DNA from: an uncultured Gammaproteobacteria bacterium
GTDB taxonomy: Bacteria > Patescibacteriota > Microgenomatia > Daviesbacterales > UBA10151
Assembly (NCBI GenBank): GCA_964405655.1
Contig: CAYOOO010000001.1
Span: forward strand, 89,083 to 153,082
DNA: 64,000 bases
Direction: 5' to 3'
Part shown: positions 47,953-57,418 of the stretch, one piece after another
Numbering within the stretch: position 1 is the stretch's first letter
Layout of the letters: every line of letters begins with the position of its first letter
Notes under the pieces: generated by a model
Seen by the model: the letters and a program-made list of their open reading frames with translations, nothing else
Databases searched by the model: none
Told to the model about the DNA's origin: nothing
Position numbers and translations under genes: made by a program

Positions 47953-48816
47953 TCAATTCTTGGTTTTTTTAGAGCTGACTGCAAAAGGTATCTCTTCCCA
48001 GTCTTTGAATTTAACCATCTTAATATTTTTGTTCCAAACTGTATCTAAAAAAGTTGTATCGACTTTGAATTTTTCCCCTAATGCTCTTAAAGCCAATAAA
48101 TCTTTAGGTAAACACTTTCCCCCAAAGCCTCTTTGGGAGGTAATATTTAGATGTGAATCATAAATTCTTTTATCTGAGACAACAAGCTTTTTGACCTCTG
48201 GATAACTAATTCCCAAACTTTGACAGATATCATACATTTCGTTAGCAAAGGTGACTTTTGCAGCCAAATAACAGTTGGCCATGTATTTAACCATCTCTGC
48301 AGTTGTTGGGTCAGTTTGAAAGATAGGCATAATCGGGAAGTGTTTTCTGAAAAGCGCCACCAGTCTTCTAGAAATCAGATCATTTTCTGCTCCAATAATG
48401 CAGCGATCAGCTTTAACAAAATCTTCTAAAAAGTTTGCTTCTGTTAAAAACTCTGGGTTAAAACAGATAGAAACTTTGGGATATCTTTTTATTAAAGCTG
48501 AAGTTGTTCCAGGCACAACTGTGGATTTGATAACCAGTATTTTGTCTGTATCCTTAATTAATTTAGCAATAGCTTCAACATTTTCTTCAACAATCGATAG
48601 ATCTATCCCGGAATGATCGTCTAAAATTGGAGTAGGGACACAAAGAAAGATGAACTCTCCCTTTTGGCAAACCTCCTCAAGACTTAAGAAAGGTTTAAAT
48701 TTGTCGTAAATAAAGATTGGTTCGTTTTTGAAACCATACTCAACAGCCTGACCAACAATACCATAACCAACAATTCCAATTGGGTTTTTCATTAAAGGAT
48801 AAGATATAACTTCCAA
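47953..48816 (-). CDS. Short nucleotide-sugar dehydrogenase family protein (UDP-glucose/GDP-mannose dehydrogenase-like)
   Basis: N-terminal Rossmann motif IGIVGYGIVG and catalytic-Cys motif GFGGKCLPKD. At 287 aa it is shorter than canonical UDPGDH. Confidence 0.55.
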   Translation of the reverse strand: MEVISYPLMKNPIGIVGYGIVGQAVEYGFKNEPIFIYDKFKPFLSLEEVCQKGEFIFLCVPTPILDDHSGIDLSIVEENVEAIAKLIKDTDKILVIKSTVVPGTTSALIKRYPKVSICFNPEFLTEANFLEDFVKADRCIIGAENDLISRRLVALFRKHFPIMPIFQTDPTTAEMVKYMANCYLAAKVTFANEMYDICQSLGISYPEVKKLVVSDKRIYDSHLNITSQRGFGGKCLPKDLLALRALGEKFKVDTTFLDTVWNKNIKMVKFKDWEEIPFAVSSKKTKN

Positions 48817-48855
48817 ATTGTTTATACAAGACCTCTCCTCAAAATCTAAAAGTTA

Positions 48856-50184
48856 TCACCAAATGTCGTAAAATTTTATGAAAGCATCGCGATCTGGACC
48901 TGTTCCAATCAGCCATAAATTGGCATTAGGTGCACCTTTCCTAATTGTATCTTCTAAAGCTTCTAAGTATGCCCTGGCTTGCTTGGGCCATTGACTGGTG
49001 TTAGTGCTTCTAGAGATATCTTGTTCCCAACCCGGAAATCTATCCTTTAATGGATAATAAGGGCTACATTCTCTTAACTGAGCATCATCAATTGGGAAAT
49101 CAGTTATTTTTCCAGCTTCATCCTGCCTCTTGTAAGCTCTACAAATCATTAATGGATCAAAACCAGTTAGCACATCGATTCGAGTGACCGCAAAATCTGT
49201 ATAACCGTTTAAGGCTGCTGAGTATTTAGCTGCTACACCATCAAAATAACCCACACGGCGGGGCCGGCCAGTAGTTGTACCGAATTCATTACCTTTATTT
49301 CTTAATCTGTCTCCTAGCTCGTTTTTTAGCTCAGTTGGCATACCACCATTCCCGACTCTGGACTGATAAGCTTTGAATACTCCAATTGCCCGGTGAGGAT
49401 AGGTTGAAGGTATACCTGCGCCAACTAGTAGTCCAGAAACAACTGTATTTGACGAGGTCACATCAGGATAAGTTCCAAAGTCTAAATCAAGTAAAGTACC
49501 TTGAGCGCCTTCGACAACAACTCTTTTGTTTTCATTTAAACTGTTTCTGACTACCGGCAGACTGTCCCGGATTAAATCTTTAAACATTCTAGATGACTCT
49601 CCGATTAAACCTTCATACATCTCAGGGTAAAGAAGTTGCTTATTGGTCCCTGGGTATGACCTCTCTCTGAGGATAGCCAAAGTTTGAGCTAGTTTGGTCA
49701 TGCATCTGTCTGGATCTCTTAATAGTCCGATTCGTAAGCCAATCCTTTCAGCTTTATCTGTATAAGCTGGACCAATTCCTCTTCCAGTGGTTCCGATACT
49801 AACCTCGCCTAAGCTTTTCTCGCTGCCCTGATCTCTTTGTTGATGATAAGACAGAATAAAATGGGCGCGCGGATCAATCATTAAGTTACGCCCATTGACA
49901 AATCCTCTTCCAGCTAGACTGCTTACTTCACCAATTAAGCCAGTCAAGCTTATGACCATACCAGGTCCTAAGATATTTAATACATCGGGATTGAAAACTC
50001 CTGAAGGAATAAGGTGTAATTTGAATTCTCCCTGAGGATTAACTACAGTGTGTCCAGCATTATCTCCTCCCTGAGCCCTAATAACAATATCTGCACTTTG
50101 AGCAAGTAGATCAGCTACTTTGCCCTTGCCTTCATCACCCCATTGACCGCCGTTAATTACAGCAACTGGATTTTCAGTAGACAC
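48856..50184 (-). CDS. purA: Adenylosuccinate synthetase
   Basis: P-loop GDEGKGK, GTTGRGIGPAY, and a GTP-binding C-terminal motif. The start codon is GTG. Confidence 0.9.
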   Translation of the reverse strand: MSTENPVAVINGGQWGDEGKGKVADLLAQSADIVIRAQGGDNAGHTVVNPQGEFKLHLIPSGVFNPDVLNILGPGMVISLTGLIGEVSSLAGRGFVNGRNLMIDPRAHFILSYHQQRDQGSEKSLGEVSIGTTGRGIGPAYTDKAERIGLRIGLLRDPDRCMTKLAQTLAILRERSYPGTNKQLLYPEMYEGLIGESSRMFKDLIRDSLPVVRNSLNENKRVVVEGAQGTLLDLDFGTYPDVTSSNTVVSGLLVGAGIPSTYPHRAIGVFKAYQSRVGNGGMPTELKNELGDRLRNKGNEFGTTTGRPRRVGYFDGVAAKYSAALNGYTDFAVTRIDVLTGFDPLMICRAYKRQDEAGKITDFPIDDAQLRECSPYYPLKDRFPGWEQDISRSTNTSQWPKQARAYLEALEDTIRKGAPNANLWLIGTGPDRDAFIKFYDIW

Positions 50185-50192
50185 AAGTTTTG

Positions 50193-50221
50193 ACTATAGT
50201 AATTTGTGCTCAAGGTGTCAA
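50193..50221 (-). promoter_or_regulatory. Consensus sigma70-like promoter (TTGACA-17 nt-TATAGT) 8 nt upstream of the purA GTG
   Basis: On the minus strand, cacTTGACAccttgagcacaaattacTATAGTcaaaactt and then GTG. It shares the intergenic region with the divergent uvrB promoter. Confidence 0.5.
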
Positions 50222-50257
50222 GTGGTAGTTAGTTCGGGTCTTGTTGGGGAAATTTGA

Positions 50258-50265
50258 TGTATAAT
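50258..50265 (+). promoter_or_regulatory. Extended -10 (TGTATAAT) 8 nt upstream of the uvrB ATG
   Basis: tttgatgtataat is followed by aaatagtt and then the ATG at 50274. Confidence 0.4.
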
Positions 50266-50273
50266 AAATAGTT

Positions 50274-52289
50274 ATGTCTCGATTTAAGTTAACTTCAAAT
50301 TTTAAGCCAACGGGTGATCAACCTCAAGCGGTTAAAAAACTTATTAAAGGTGCAGAAAATAGTGAGAAGCACCAAGTTTTACTGGGAGTAACAGGGAGTG
50401 GTAAGACCTTTACCATGGCTAATGTTATCCAGGGGTTGCAAAAACCAACTCTAGTGATTTCTCACAATAAAACCTTAGCTGGTCAACTAGCCCAAGAATT
50501 CCGTTCGTTATTTCCTCAAAATGCGGTTGAATATTTTGTCTCCTATTATGATTACTACCAGCCAGAGGCTTATATTCCCCAATCTGATACATATGTTGAG
50601 AAAGAAACTGAGATCAATGAGGAGATTGAGAAATTAAGATTATCCACCACTACTTCTTTGATGACCCGCAAGGATGTGGTAGTAGTAGCCTCGGTTTCTT
50701 GTATCTATAACCTGGGTTCACCAATTGAATATGGAGGTGCAATCTTAGACTTAAAACAGGGGGTCAGAATCGCCTTTGAATCAGTCCTGAAGATGCTACA
50801 AAAGATGTTTTACCAAAGAAATGATATCGACTTTAAAAGATCTACTTTTAGGGTAACAGGCGATACATTAGATATCTTTCCTTCTTACTCTGACTCTGCT
50901 GTTAGGGTTGAGTTTTTAGGAGATAAGATTGAGAGAGTCTCACAGCTTGACCCTTTGACTGGTCAAATAATTCCTACCTCTCAAACTGTTACTATTTATC
51001 CAGCCAAACATTATATAACTCCAGAGCAAAGACTAAAACCAGCTGTTTCTCAAATCGAAGAAGATCTGAGAGCCAGAGTATCCGAACTAAAAAGAGAGAA
51101 TAAGTTGCTGGAGGCTCAAAGGCTCGAGCAAAGAACTTTTTATGATTTAGAAATGATCAAAGAGTACGGGTTTTGTAATGGTATTGAAAACTACTCTCGC
51201 TATTTTGATAGTAGAAACCCTGGTGATCCTCCATTCACATTGCTTGACTACTTTCCAAAAGGTTATCTTTTAATTATTGATGAGTCCCATATTACTTTGC
51301 CGCAAATTAGAGGTATGTATAACGGTGACAGATCAAGAAAAGAAACCTTGGTAGATTTTGGTTTTAGATTACCATCAGCCTTAGATAACAGACCGCTTAA
51401 GTTTGAAGAGTTTCAAAGAAGGATAAATCAGGTGATCTATGTTTCTGCTACTCCGGATGAATATGAATTGTCTTTAGCGGGAGTTGACACCTCCGATGTG
51501 TCAAGTACATTCCACATCGGAGGTGGAAATGTTGCCCAACAGTTAATCAGACCAACAGGAATTGTTGACCCTCAAATAAGTGTTAGACCAACAAAAGGAC
51601 AAATAGAGGACGTAATTGTTGAGGTAGGGATAAGAGTTAAGAGAGGAGAGAGGGTTTTAATTACTACCCTGACTAAGCGAATGGCAGAGGATTTGAGTGA
51701 GTATCTTTTGGATAAGGGAATTAAGGTTAACTATTTACACTCAGATATTGAAACACTGAAACGCTCAGATATCCTTCAATCTCTGCGCCTAGGGGAATAT
51801 GATGTAATTGTTGGAATTAATCTTTTAAGGGAAGGTTTAGATCTGCCTGAGGTTTCCCTGGTTATTATCCTAGATGCAGATAAAGAGGGTTTTTTGCGGT
51901 CCAAAACCTCCTTAATTCAAACTATGGGAAGAGCTGCTAGGCATGCCAAGGGTGAGGTTATTATGTATGCAGATCACCAGACAAAATCAATGAGAGCAGC
52001 CATTGATGAGGTGGAGCGCAGAAGAAAGTATCAGATGGACTACAATAAGAGAAATAAAATCACACCAAAAAGCATTGAAAAAGAACTAAGAGAGAGATTG
52101 ATTGATAAGGTTGAGGAGTTAGAGGAAAAATCTGGAAAGCAGATTCTAAGTATAGATGATATTCCTCCTAAGGAAAGAGAAAAAATGATCAAGATATTAG
52201 AGCAGCAGATGATTCAAGCTGCCCAAATTCTTGATTTTGAAGAAGCTGCCAGAATCAGAGACCAAATTAAAGAGTTAAGCAACTCTTAA
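50274..52289 (+). CDS. uvrB: Excinuclease ABC subunit B
   Basis: Helicase motifs (GVTGSGKT), a beta-hairpin region and a C-terminal UVR domain. It is 671 aa. Confidence 0.95.
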   Translation: MSRFKLTSNFKPTGDQPQAVKKLIKGAENSEKHQVLLGVTGSGKTFTMANVIQGLQKPTLVISHNKTLAGQLAQEFRSLFPQNAVEYFVSYYDYYQPEAYIPQSDTYVEKETEINEEIEKLRLSTTTSLMTRKDVVVVASVSCIYNLGSPIEYGGAILDLKQGVRIAFESVLKMLQKMFYQRNDIDFKRSTFRVTGDTLDIFPSYSDSAVRVEFLGDKIERVSQLDPLTGQIIPTSQTVTIYPAKHYITPEQRLKPAVSQIEEDLRARVSELKRENKLLEAQRLEQRTFYDLEMIKEYGFCNGIENYSRYFDSRNPGDPPFTLLDYFPKGYLLIIDESHITLPQIRGMYNGDRSRKETLVDFGFRLPSALDNRPLKFEEFQRRINQVIYVSATPDEYELSLAGVDTSDVSSTFHIGGGNVAQQLIRPTGIVDPQISVRPTKGQIEDVIVEVGIRVKRGERVLITTLTKRMAEDLSEYLLDKGIKVNYLHSDIETLKRSDILQSLRLGEYDVIVGINLLREGLDLPEVSLVIILDADKEGFLRSKTSLIQTMGRAARHAKGEVIMYADHQTKSMRAAIDEVERRRKYQMDYNKRNKITPKSIEKELRERLIDKVEELEEKSGKQILSIDDIPPKEREKMIKILEQQMIQAAQILDFEEAARIRDQIKELSNS

Positions 52290-52453
52290 TGCTTTTTGAA
52301 CCTGTCCAAATTGCTAGTTATTATAGGACAAAATTATAAAATTTCAATAGGTTTTAAAGTTAATTTAAAGATTAGGGCTTTAAAAAGTTTGCAAAAGTTG
52401 TTAAAATAAGGACCGCTTTCATTCGCGTTTTGTTAGCATTGTAACACTTACAA

Positions 52454-55360
52454 ATGGCCTTTGATAAAATCATTATTAAGGGAGCTAGGGAAAATAACTT
52501 AAAAAATATTGACTTGGAGCTTCCTAAAAACCGCTTAATTGTTTTTACTGGCATTTCTGGATCCGGTAAATCTTCTTTAGCTTTTGATACTCTTTATGCT
52601 GAAGGACAAAGAAGATATGTTGAGAGTCTTTCAGCTTATGCTAGGCAGTTTTTAGGAGTGATGGATAAACCAGATGTTGATTATATTGAAGGTTTATCTC
52701 CCGCTATTTCAATTGACCAAAAAAGCGCCTCGCACAACCCTAGAAGTACAGTTGGTACAACTACTGAAATTTATGACTACCTAAGACTGCTTTTTGCTAG
52801 AGTTGGCCACCCTCACTGTCCGATTTGCGGAAGGGAAATCTCCAGAATGTCAATCGAGCAGATGACGCAAGTCATCCTGAGCGAAGTCGAAGGGTCTCAT
52901 TCAAAAAGGGGCAACCGAACTATGATTATGGCGCCAATTGTTAAAGATAGAAAAGGTGAATATAGCTCGCTTTTTGAAGATTTAAGAAAAAAAGGTTACT
53001 CAAAAGTTAGGATAGACGGACAAGTTCGGGACTTAGCCGAAGATTTTCTTTTAATAAAAACTAACAAACATACAATCGATGCAGTGATCGATCGTATGGT
53101 TTTGGATAAAAAAAGTATACATGATCAAAAAATATCCTCAAGATTGTCACAATCAATAGAAACAGCGGTCAAATTAGGCGAAGGGTCAGTGATTGTTTCA
53201 GAGGTGCTAGATGCTTCTTTAGACTTTCCTGCTAATCCTAAGAAACTAAAGGATCACCTTTTCTCCGAAAGATTTGCTTGTCCGATCGATAATACTGCTT
53301 TAGCGGAAATTGAACCAAGATTGTTCTCTTTTAACTCTCCTCATGGTGCCTGTCCTGAGTGCACTGGATTGGGAACGCTTCTAGAGATTGATCCTGAGTC
53401 AATTTTAAATCCTATTTTATCTATTGCAGAAGGAGGGATTTTGCCCTGGCAGAAATTGGCAACTCATGAGACTTGGTTCACCAGATTGATTGAGGCTGTA
53501 GGAAAAGAGTATAACTTTGATCTCTTTACCAGGTTAGGTCATATCTCAGAGCAAGCGCGTAATGTACTGCTTTATGGAGCAGGTGATAAGGAGTTTAAGG
53601 TTGAAGGCAAAAATAGGCAAGGTCGTTGGACACACTTTTATTCAAATTTTGGCGGACTGGTGGCTTACTTAAAGGAGAGGCATACGGAAACTGAGTCGGA
53701 TTATGTCAAGGCTGAAATTGAAAAATACATGATTAAAGAGATCTGTCCAAAATGCGGCGGCGCCAGACTTAAAGAAGAAGCATTATCTATTACAGTTGAT
53801 GGATTAAATATCTCAGAATTAACTAGTCAATCAATTCGTGCTGGACTGAGTTGGGTTAAATCATCAGTTGCACCAAAGTTGTCAGACAGAGAGCTGGTTA
53901 TCGCTAAATCTATCTTGAAAGAAATTCAATCAAGGCTTCAGTTTTTGGTTGATGTGGGACTTGATTATCTAACACTGGACAGAGCAGCTGCAACTCTCGC
54001 GGGTGGGGAATCTCAAAGAATTAGACTAGCTTCCCAGATAGGTTCAGGGTTATCAGGTGTTTTATATGTTTTAGATGAACCATCAATTGGTTTACATCAG
54101 CGTGATAACTCCAGATTGATTGAGACTCTCAAAAGACTGAGAGACCTAGGGAATACGGTTGTGGTTAACGAACATGACGCAGAGACAATGGAAAATGCTG
54201 ATTTACTGGTTGAGATAGGTCCTGGCGCAGGGGAACACGGCGGTGAGATTGTTACTTTTGGTACTCCGGATCAGATCAGAAGAAGCAGTCTGTCTTTAAC
54301 GGGCAAATATCTATCTGGTAAAAAAAAGATTGAGATTATAGCTGAGAGGAAGACATCAGAGCAGGCTGGGATTTTGGAGATTCTTGGAGCCAGTGAACAT
54401 AATTTAAAAGCAATTGATGTTAAAATCCCCTTAGGCAGGTTTATAGCAGTAACTGGAGTTTCAGGTTCAGGTAAATCGACTCTGGTTCATGATATTTTGT
54501 ACCGGACCCTCGCCCAAAAGATTTACCGTTCAAGGGAGAAACCAGGTAACCATAAAGGAATTGTTGGAGCTGAAAATGTTGATAAAGTTGTTTTAGTTGA
54601 TCAATCACCAATTGGTCGAACCCCTAGATCCAATCCAGCTACTTACACAGGCGCTTTTACATTTATCAGAGAGTTATTTTCTTCATCACCTGAAGCCAAA
54701 ATCCGCGGATACGGACCAGGTCGATTCTCTTTTAATGTTAAGGGAGGCAGGTGTGAAGTTTGTGAGGGAGAGGGTCAAATAAAGATTGAGATGCAGTTTT
54801 TACCTGATGTTTTTGTGACTTGTGAGTCCTGTAATGGTAAAAGGTACAATCGGGAGGCCCTAGAGATTCACTTTAAGGATAAAAACATTGCTGAGGTTTT
54901 AGATATGACTGTCGAAGAGGCTTTAGATTTCTTCAAGAATATTCCTCAAATTAAAAACAAGTTGACAGTTCTAAATGACGTCGGGCTTGGTTATATAAGA
55001 CTTGGTCAAAGCGCTACTACTTTATCTGGTGGAGAGGCTCAGAGAGTCAAGCTTTCGACAGAGCTTTCAAAAAGACCCACCGGTCATACCATCTACATTT
55101 TAGATGAACCAACTACTGGTTTGCATTTTGCTGATATTGAAAGACTGCTCCATATTCTCAGAAGACTAGTTAATGTAGGTAACACAGTCATAATTATTGA
55201 ACATAATTTGGATGTTATAAAAAACTCAGATTGGATTATTGATTTAGGTCCTGAAGGCGGTAATGGTGGCGGGCAGATCGTTGCCCAAGGTTCACCAAAA
55301 GAGGTAGCACAAAATAAAAACTCATTTACTGGTCAATATCTGGCAAAAATAATCAGTTAG
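52454..55360 (+). CDS. uvrA: Excinuclease ABC subunit A
   Basis: Tandem ABC ATPase modules with Walker A sites GISGSGKSS and GVSGSGKST, and zinc-finger Cys clusters. It is 968 aa. Confidence 0.95.
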   Translation: MAFDKIIIKGARENNLKNIDLELPKNRLIVFTGISGSGKSSLAFDTLYAEGQRRYVESLSAYARQFLGVMDKPDVDYIEGLSPAISIDQKSASHNPRSTVGTTTEIYDYLRLLFARVGHPHCPICGREISRMSIEQMTQVILSEVEGSHSKRGNRTMIMAPIVKDRKGEYSSLFEDLRKKGYSKVRIDGQVRDLAEDFLLIKTNKHTIDAVIDRMVLDKKSIHDQKISSRLSQSIETAVKLGEGSVIVSEVLDASLDFPANPKKLKDHLFSERFACPIDNTALAEIEPRLFSFNSPHGACPECTGLGTLLEIDPESILNPILSIAEGGILPWQKLATHETWFTRLIEAVGKEYNFDLFTRLGHISEQARNVLLYGAGDKEFKVEGKNRQGRWTHFYSNFGGLVAYLKERHTETESDYVKAEIEKYMIKEICPKCGGARLKEEALSITVDGLNISELTSQSIRAGLSWVKSSVAPKLSDRELVIAKSILKEIQSRLQFLVDVGLDYLTLDRAAATLAGGESQRIRLASQIGSGLSGVLYVLDEPSIGLHQRDNSRLIETLKRLRDLGNTVVVNEHDAETMENADLLVEIGPGAGEHGGEIVTFGTPDQIRRSSLSLTGKYLSGKKKIEIIAERKTSEQAGILEILGASEHNLKAIDVKIPLGRFIAVTGVSGSGKSTLVHDILYRTLAQKIYRSREKPGNHKGIVGAENVDKVVLVDQSPIGRTPRSNPATYTGAFTFIRELFSSSPEAKIRGYGPGRFSFNVKGGRCEVCEGEGQIKIEMQFLPDVFVTCESCNGKRYNREALEIHFKDKNIAEVLDMTVEEALDFFKNIPQIKNKLTVLNDVGLGYIRLGQSATTLSGGEAQRVKLSTELSKRPTGHTIYILDEPTTGLHFADIERLLHILRRLVNVGNTVIIIEHNLDVIKNSDWIIDLGPEGGNGGGQIVAQGSPKEVAQNKNSFTGQYLAKIIS

Positions 55361-55404
55361 ATTAACTGCTTTTCTGTTATTATTTTAATAAGTCGAAATT
55401 CCCT

Positions 55405-57294
55405 ATGAGTAAACGTATTTATTTAACCCTTCAGCGACTAATTTTTGGCTTCTTTTTTATTATTGTTTTATTAACCTTTCCTCTCAAAGCTTTGGCAGAA
55501 GGAGAATTTGCCCATTCATACAAAGTAAGTTATGAGATTGAAAGTTCGGGCGAGACAACTGTTACTCAAGTTATAACTATTAAGAATCTAACTGACAAAT
55601 ACTATGCATCTTCTTTCTCCTTATCAATTGGATCAACCCAGCTTAGTGATATTAGCGCCTCTGATACTCAAGGGCCGCTTCAGGTCCAAACTCAAAGGAA
55701 TGGTCCTAAAACAAAAATTGATGTCAAATTCTCCTCTCAAGTTATAGGTAAAGATAAGGATTACAAATGGACGCTGAAGTTTAAGTCAAAGGATTTTGCT
55801 CAAAACTTGGGCAAGGTCTGGCAGGTATCCCTACCACGGATTTCCAACTCACCCTCAATGCAAGATTATACTTTGATACTCTCGGTTCCAGTTGAATTCG
55901 GAGACCCAACTAGCTTGATTCCAGATCCAAAGAGCCAAAATGAATCAGGAGGCAGACTGAATTTTTTCTATGATAAGAATCAACTTTTAGAATCAGGAAT
56001 TTTGGCAAACTTCGGAACAAAACAGTTATTCCGTTTCAAATTAGGCTACAATTTAGAAAACAATAAAATCCTTCCTGCTATAGCTAAATTGCCTTTGCCA
56101 ATGGATACTGCTTACCAAAAGGTTGTTTTAGAAAAGATCGATCCCAAGCCTGACAATGTTACGATGGATACTGATGGGAATTACATTGGCTGGTTCAAAA
56201 TTGATAGAAATCAGAAATTAAAAGTTAATGTTGAGGGGCTAGTTAATCTGTTCATTAACAAGCAATACAAACAAACCAGCTTGTCTCAAGAATTGATCCA
56301 AAAATATACTTCAACAGATAAATATTGGGAAAGTGATAGTCAGCAGATTAAAACAAAGCTTGATGAAATCCTAAAAAATAGTCAGGCCACACAGGATGTT
56401 GCTAGTAAAGCCAGAAAAATTAATAAATTTGTCAGTGATTACCTGGTTTATGATGAGACCAGATTAATAAAGAGCGACTATGAAAGATTTGGAGCTTTAG
56501 CGGCTTTGCTCAATCCAGATAAAGCCCTTTGCTCAGAATTTACAGATCTGTTTATTGCTCTCACAAGAGGTGCTGATGTCCCTAGCCGGGCGCTAATAGG
56601 TTATGCCTATACTACCAATAAAGAGTTGCGCCCCCTCTCCTTAGAGGATAGTATACTTCATGCCTGGCCTGAGTATTTTGATCCAGCCTCAGGCTGGACC
56701 ATGATTGACCCGACTTGGCAAAACACCACTGGCGGCGTTGACTATTTCTCTAAGTTTGATTTGAACCATTTTGTCTTGGCTATCCGGGGAAGTTCTTCCA
56801 ACTCTCCTGTGCCCGCTGATGAGGTTAAAGTAGAGTTTACCCAAGATCTGTTTAAAGCTGAACCGAAATTAAAGATGACAATCGATGCTCCCAGCCAAAT
56901 TTTTGCTGGTTTTCCTTCCCAGGCTAAGGTTAGGATCGAAAATGTTGGCAACACCGCTTATTCACAAACTAAAGTTTCCTTTAGTGCTGGCAATTTAGGC
57001 TTATCAGGTAATCAAAACTTTACCCTGCCAACTCTTCCTCCTTTTGGTTTCCAGGAATATAAGTTTGACTTAAATAGTGGTAATCTTTGGTCGTCCTTTG
57101 AAGATATACTCCAGCTTAGGGTTGGGGACGATAACTCAGTTAACCAGCGCATCATCATTAAACCATTCTTTGCCCATAAATATTTCTCATATATAGTTAT
57201 TGCTTTAGCTGGAATCATGCTTTTAATTTATCTAATATTTTTAATAATCCATCTTAACAAAAAAACTTTTAATAAGATCCAACATCCAAAATGA
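55405..57294 (+). CDS. Transglutaminase-like (Cys-His-Asp) domain membrane protein
   Basis: N-terminal signal/TM segment, a large extracytoplasmic region, the TGase core …ALCSEFTDLFIALTRGADVPSRALIGY…HAWPEY…MIDPT, and a C-terminal TM helix. Confidence 0.65.
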   Translation: MSKRIYLTLQRLIFGFFFIIVLLTFPLKALAEGEFAHSYKVSYEIESSGETTVTQVITIKNLTDKYYASSFSLSIGSTQLSDISASDTQGPLQVQTQRNGPKTKIDVKFSSQVIGKDKDYKWTLKFKSKDFAQNLGKVWQVSLPRISNSPSMQDYTLILSVPVEFGDPTSLIPDPKSQNESGGRLNFFYDKNQLLESGILANFGTKQLFRFKLGYNLENNKILPAIAKLPLPMDTAYQKVVLEKIDPKPDNVTMDTDGNYIGWFKIDRNQKLKVNVEGLVNLFINKQYKQTSLSQELIQKYTSTDKYWESDSQQIKTKLDEILKNSQATQDVASKARKINKFVSDYLVYDETRLIKSDYERFGALAALLNPDKALCSEFTDLFIALTRGADVPSRALIGYAYTTNKELRPLSLEDSILHAWPEYFDPASGWTMIDPTWQNTTGGVDYFSKFDLNHFVLAIRGSSSNSPVPADEVKVEFTQDLFKAEPKLKMTIDAPSQIFAGFPSQAKVRIENVGNTAYSQTKVSFSAGNLGLSGNQNFTLPTLPPFGFQEYKFDLNSGNLWSSFEDILQLRVGDDNSVNQRIIIKPFFAHKYFSYIVIALAGIMLLIYLIFLIIHLNKKTFNKIQHPK

Positions 57295-57418
57295 ATCCTC
57301 TGAGCCTATTAAAGGGAGTGTTCGCCTAGGCGGATCAGCTTTTTTCTTACCCGCCTGCGGCGGGATCGAAATAGCAAAAAGCTCTTTTCTGCTGATTTAG
57401 GCTATAATCTTAAGCTGT

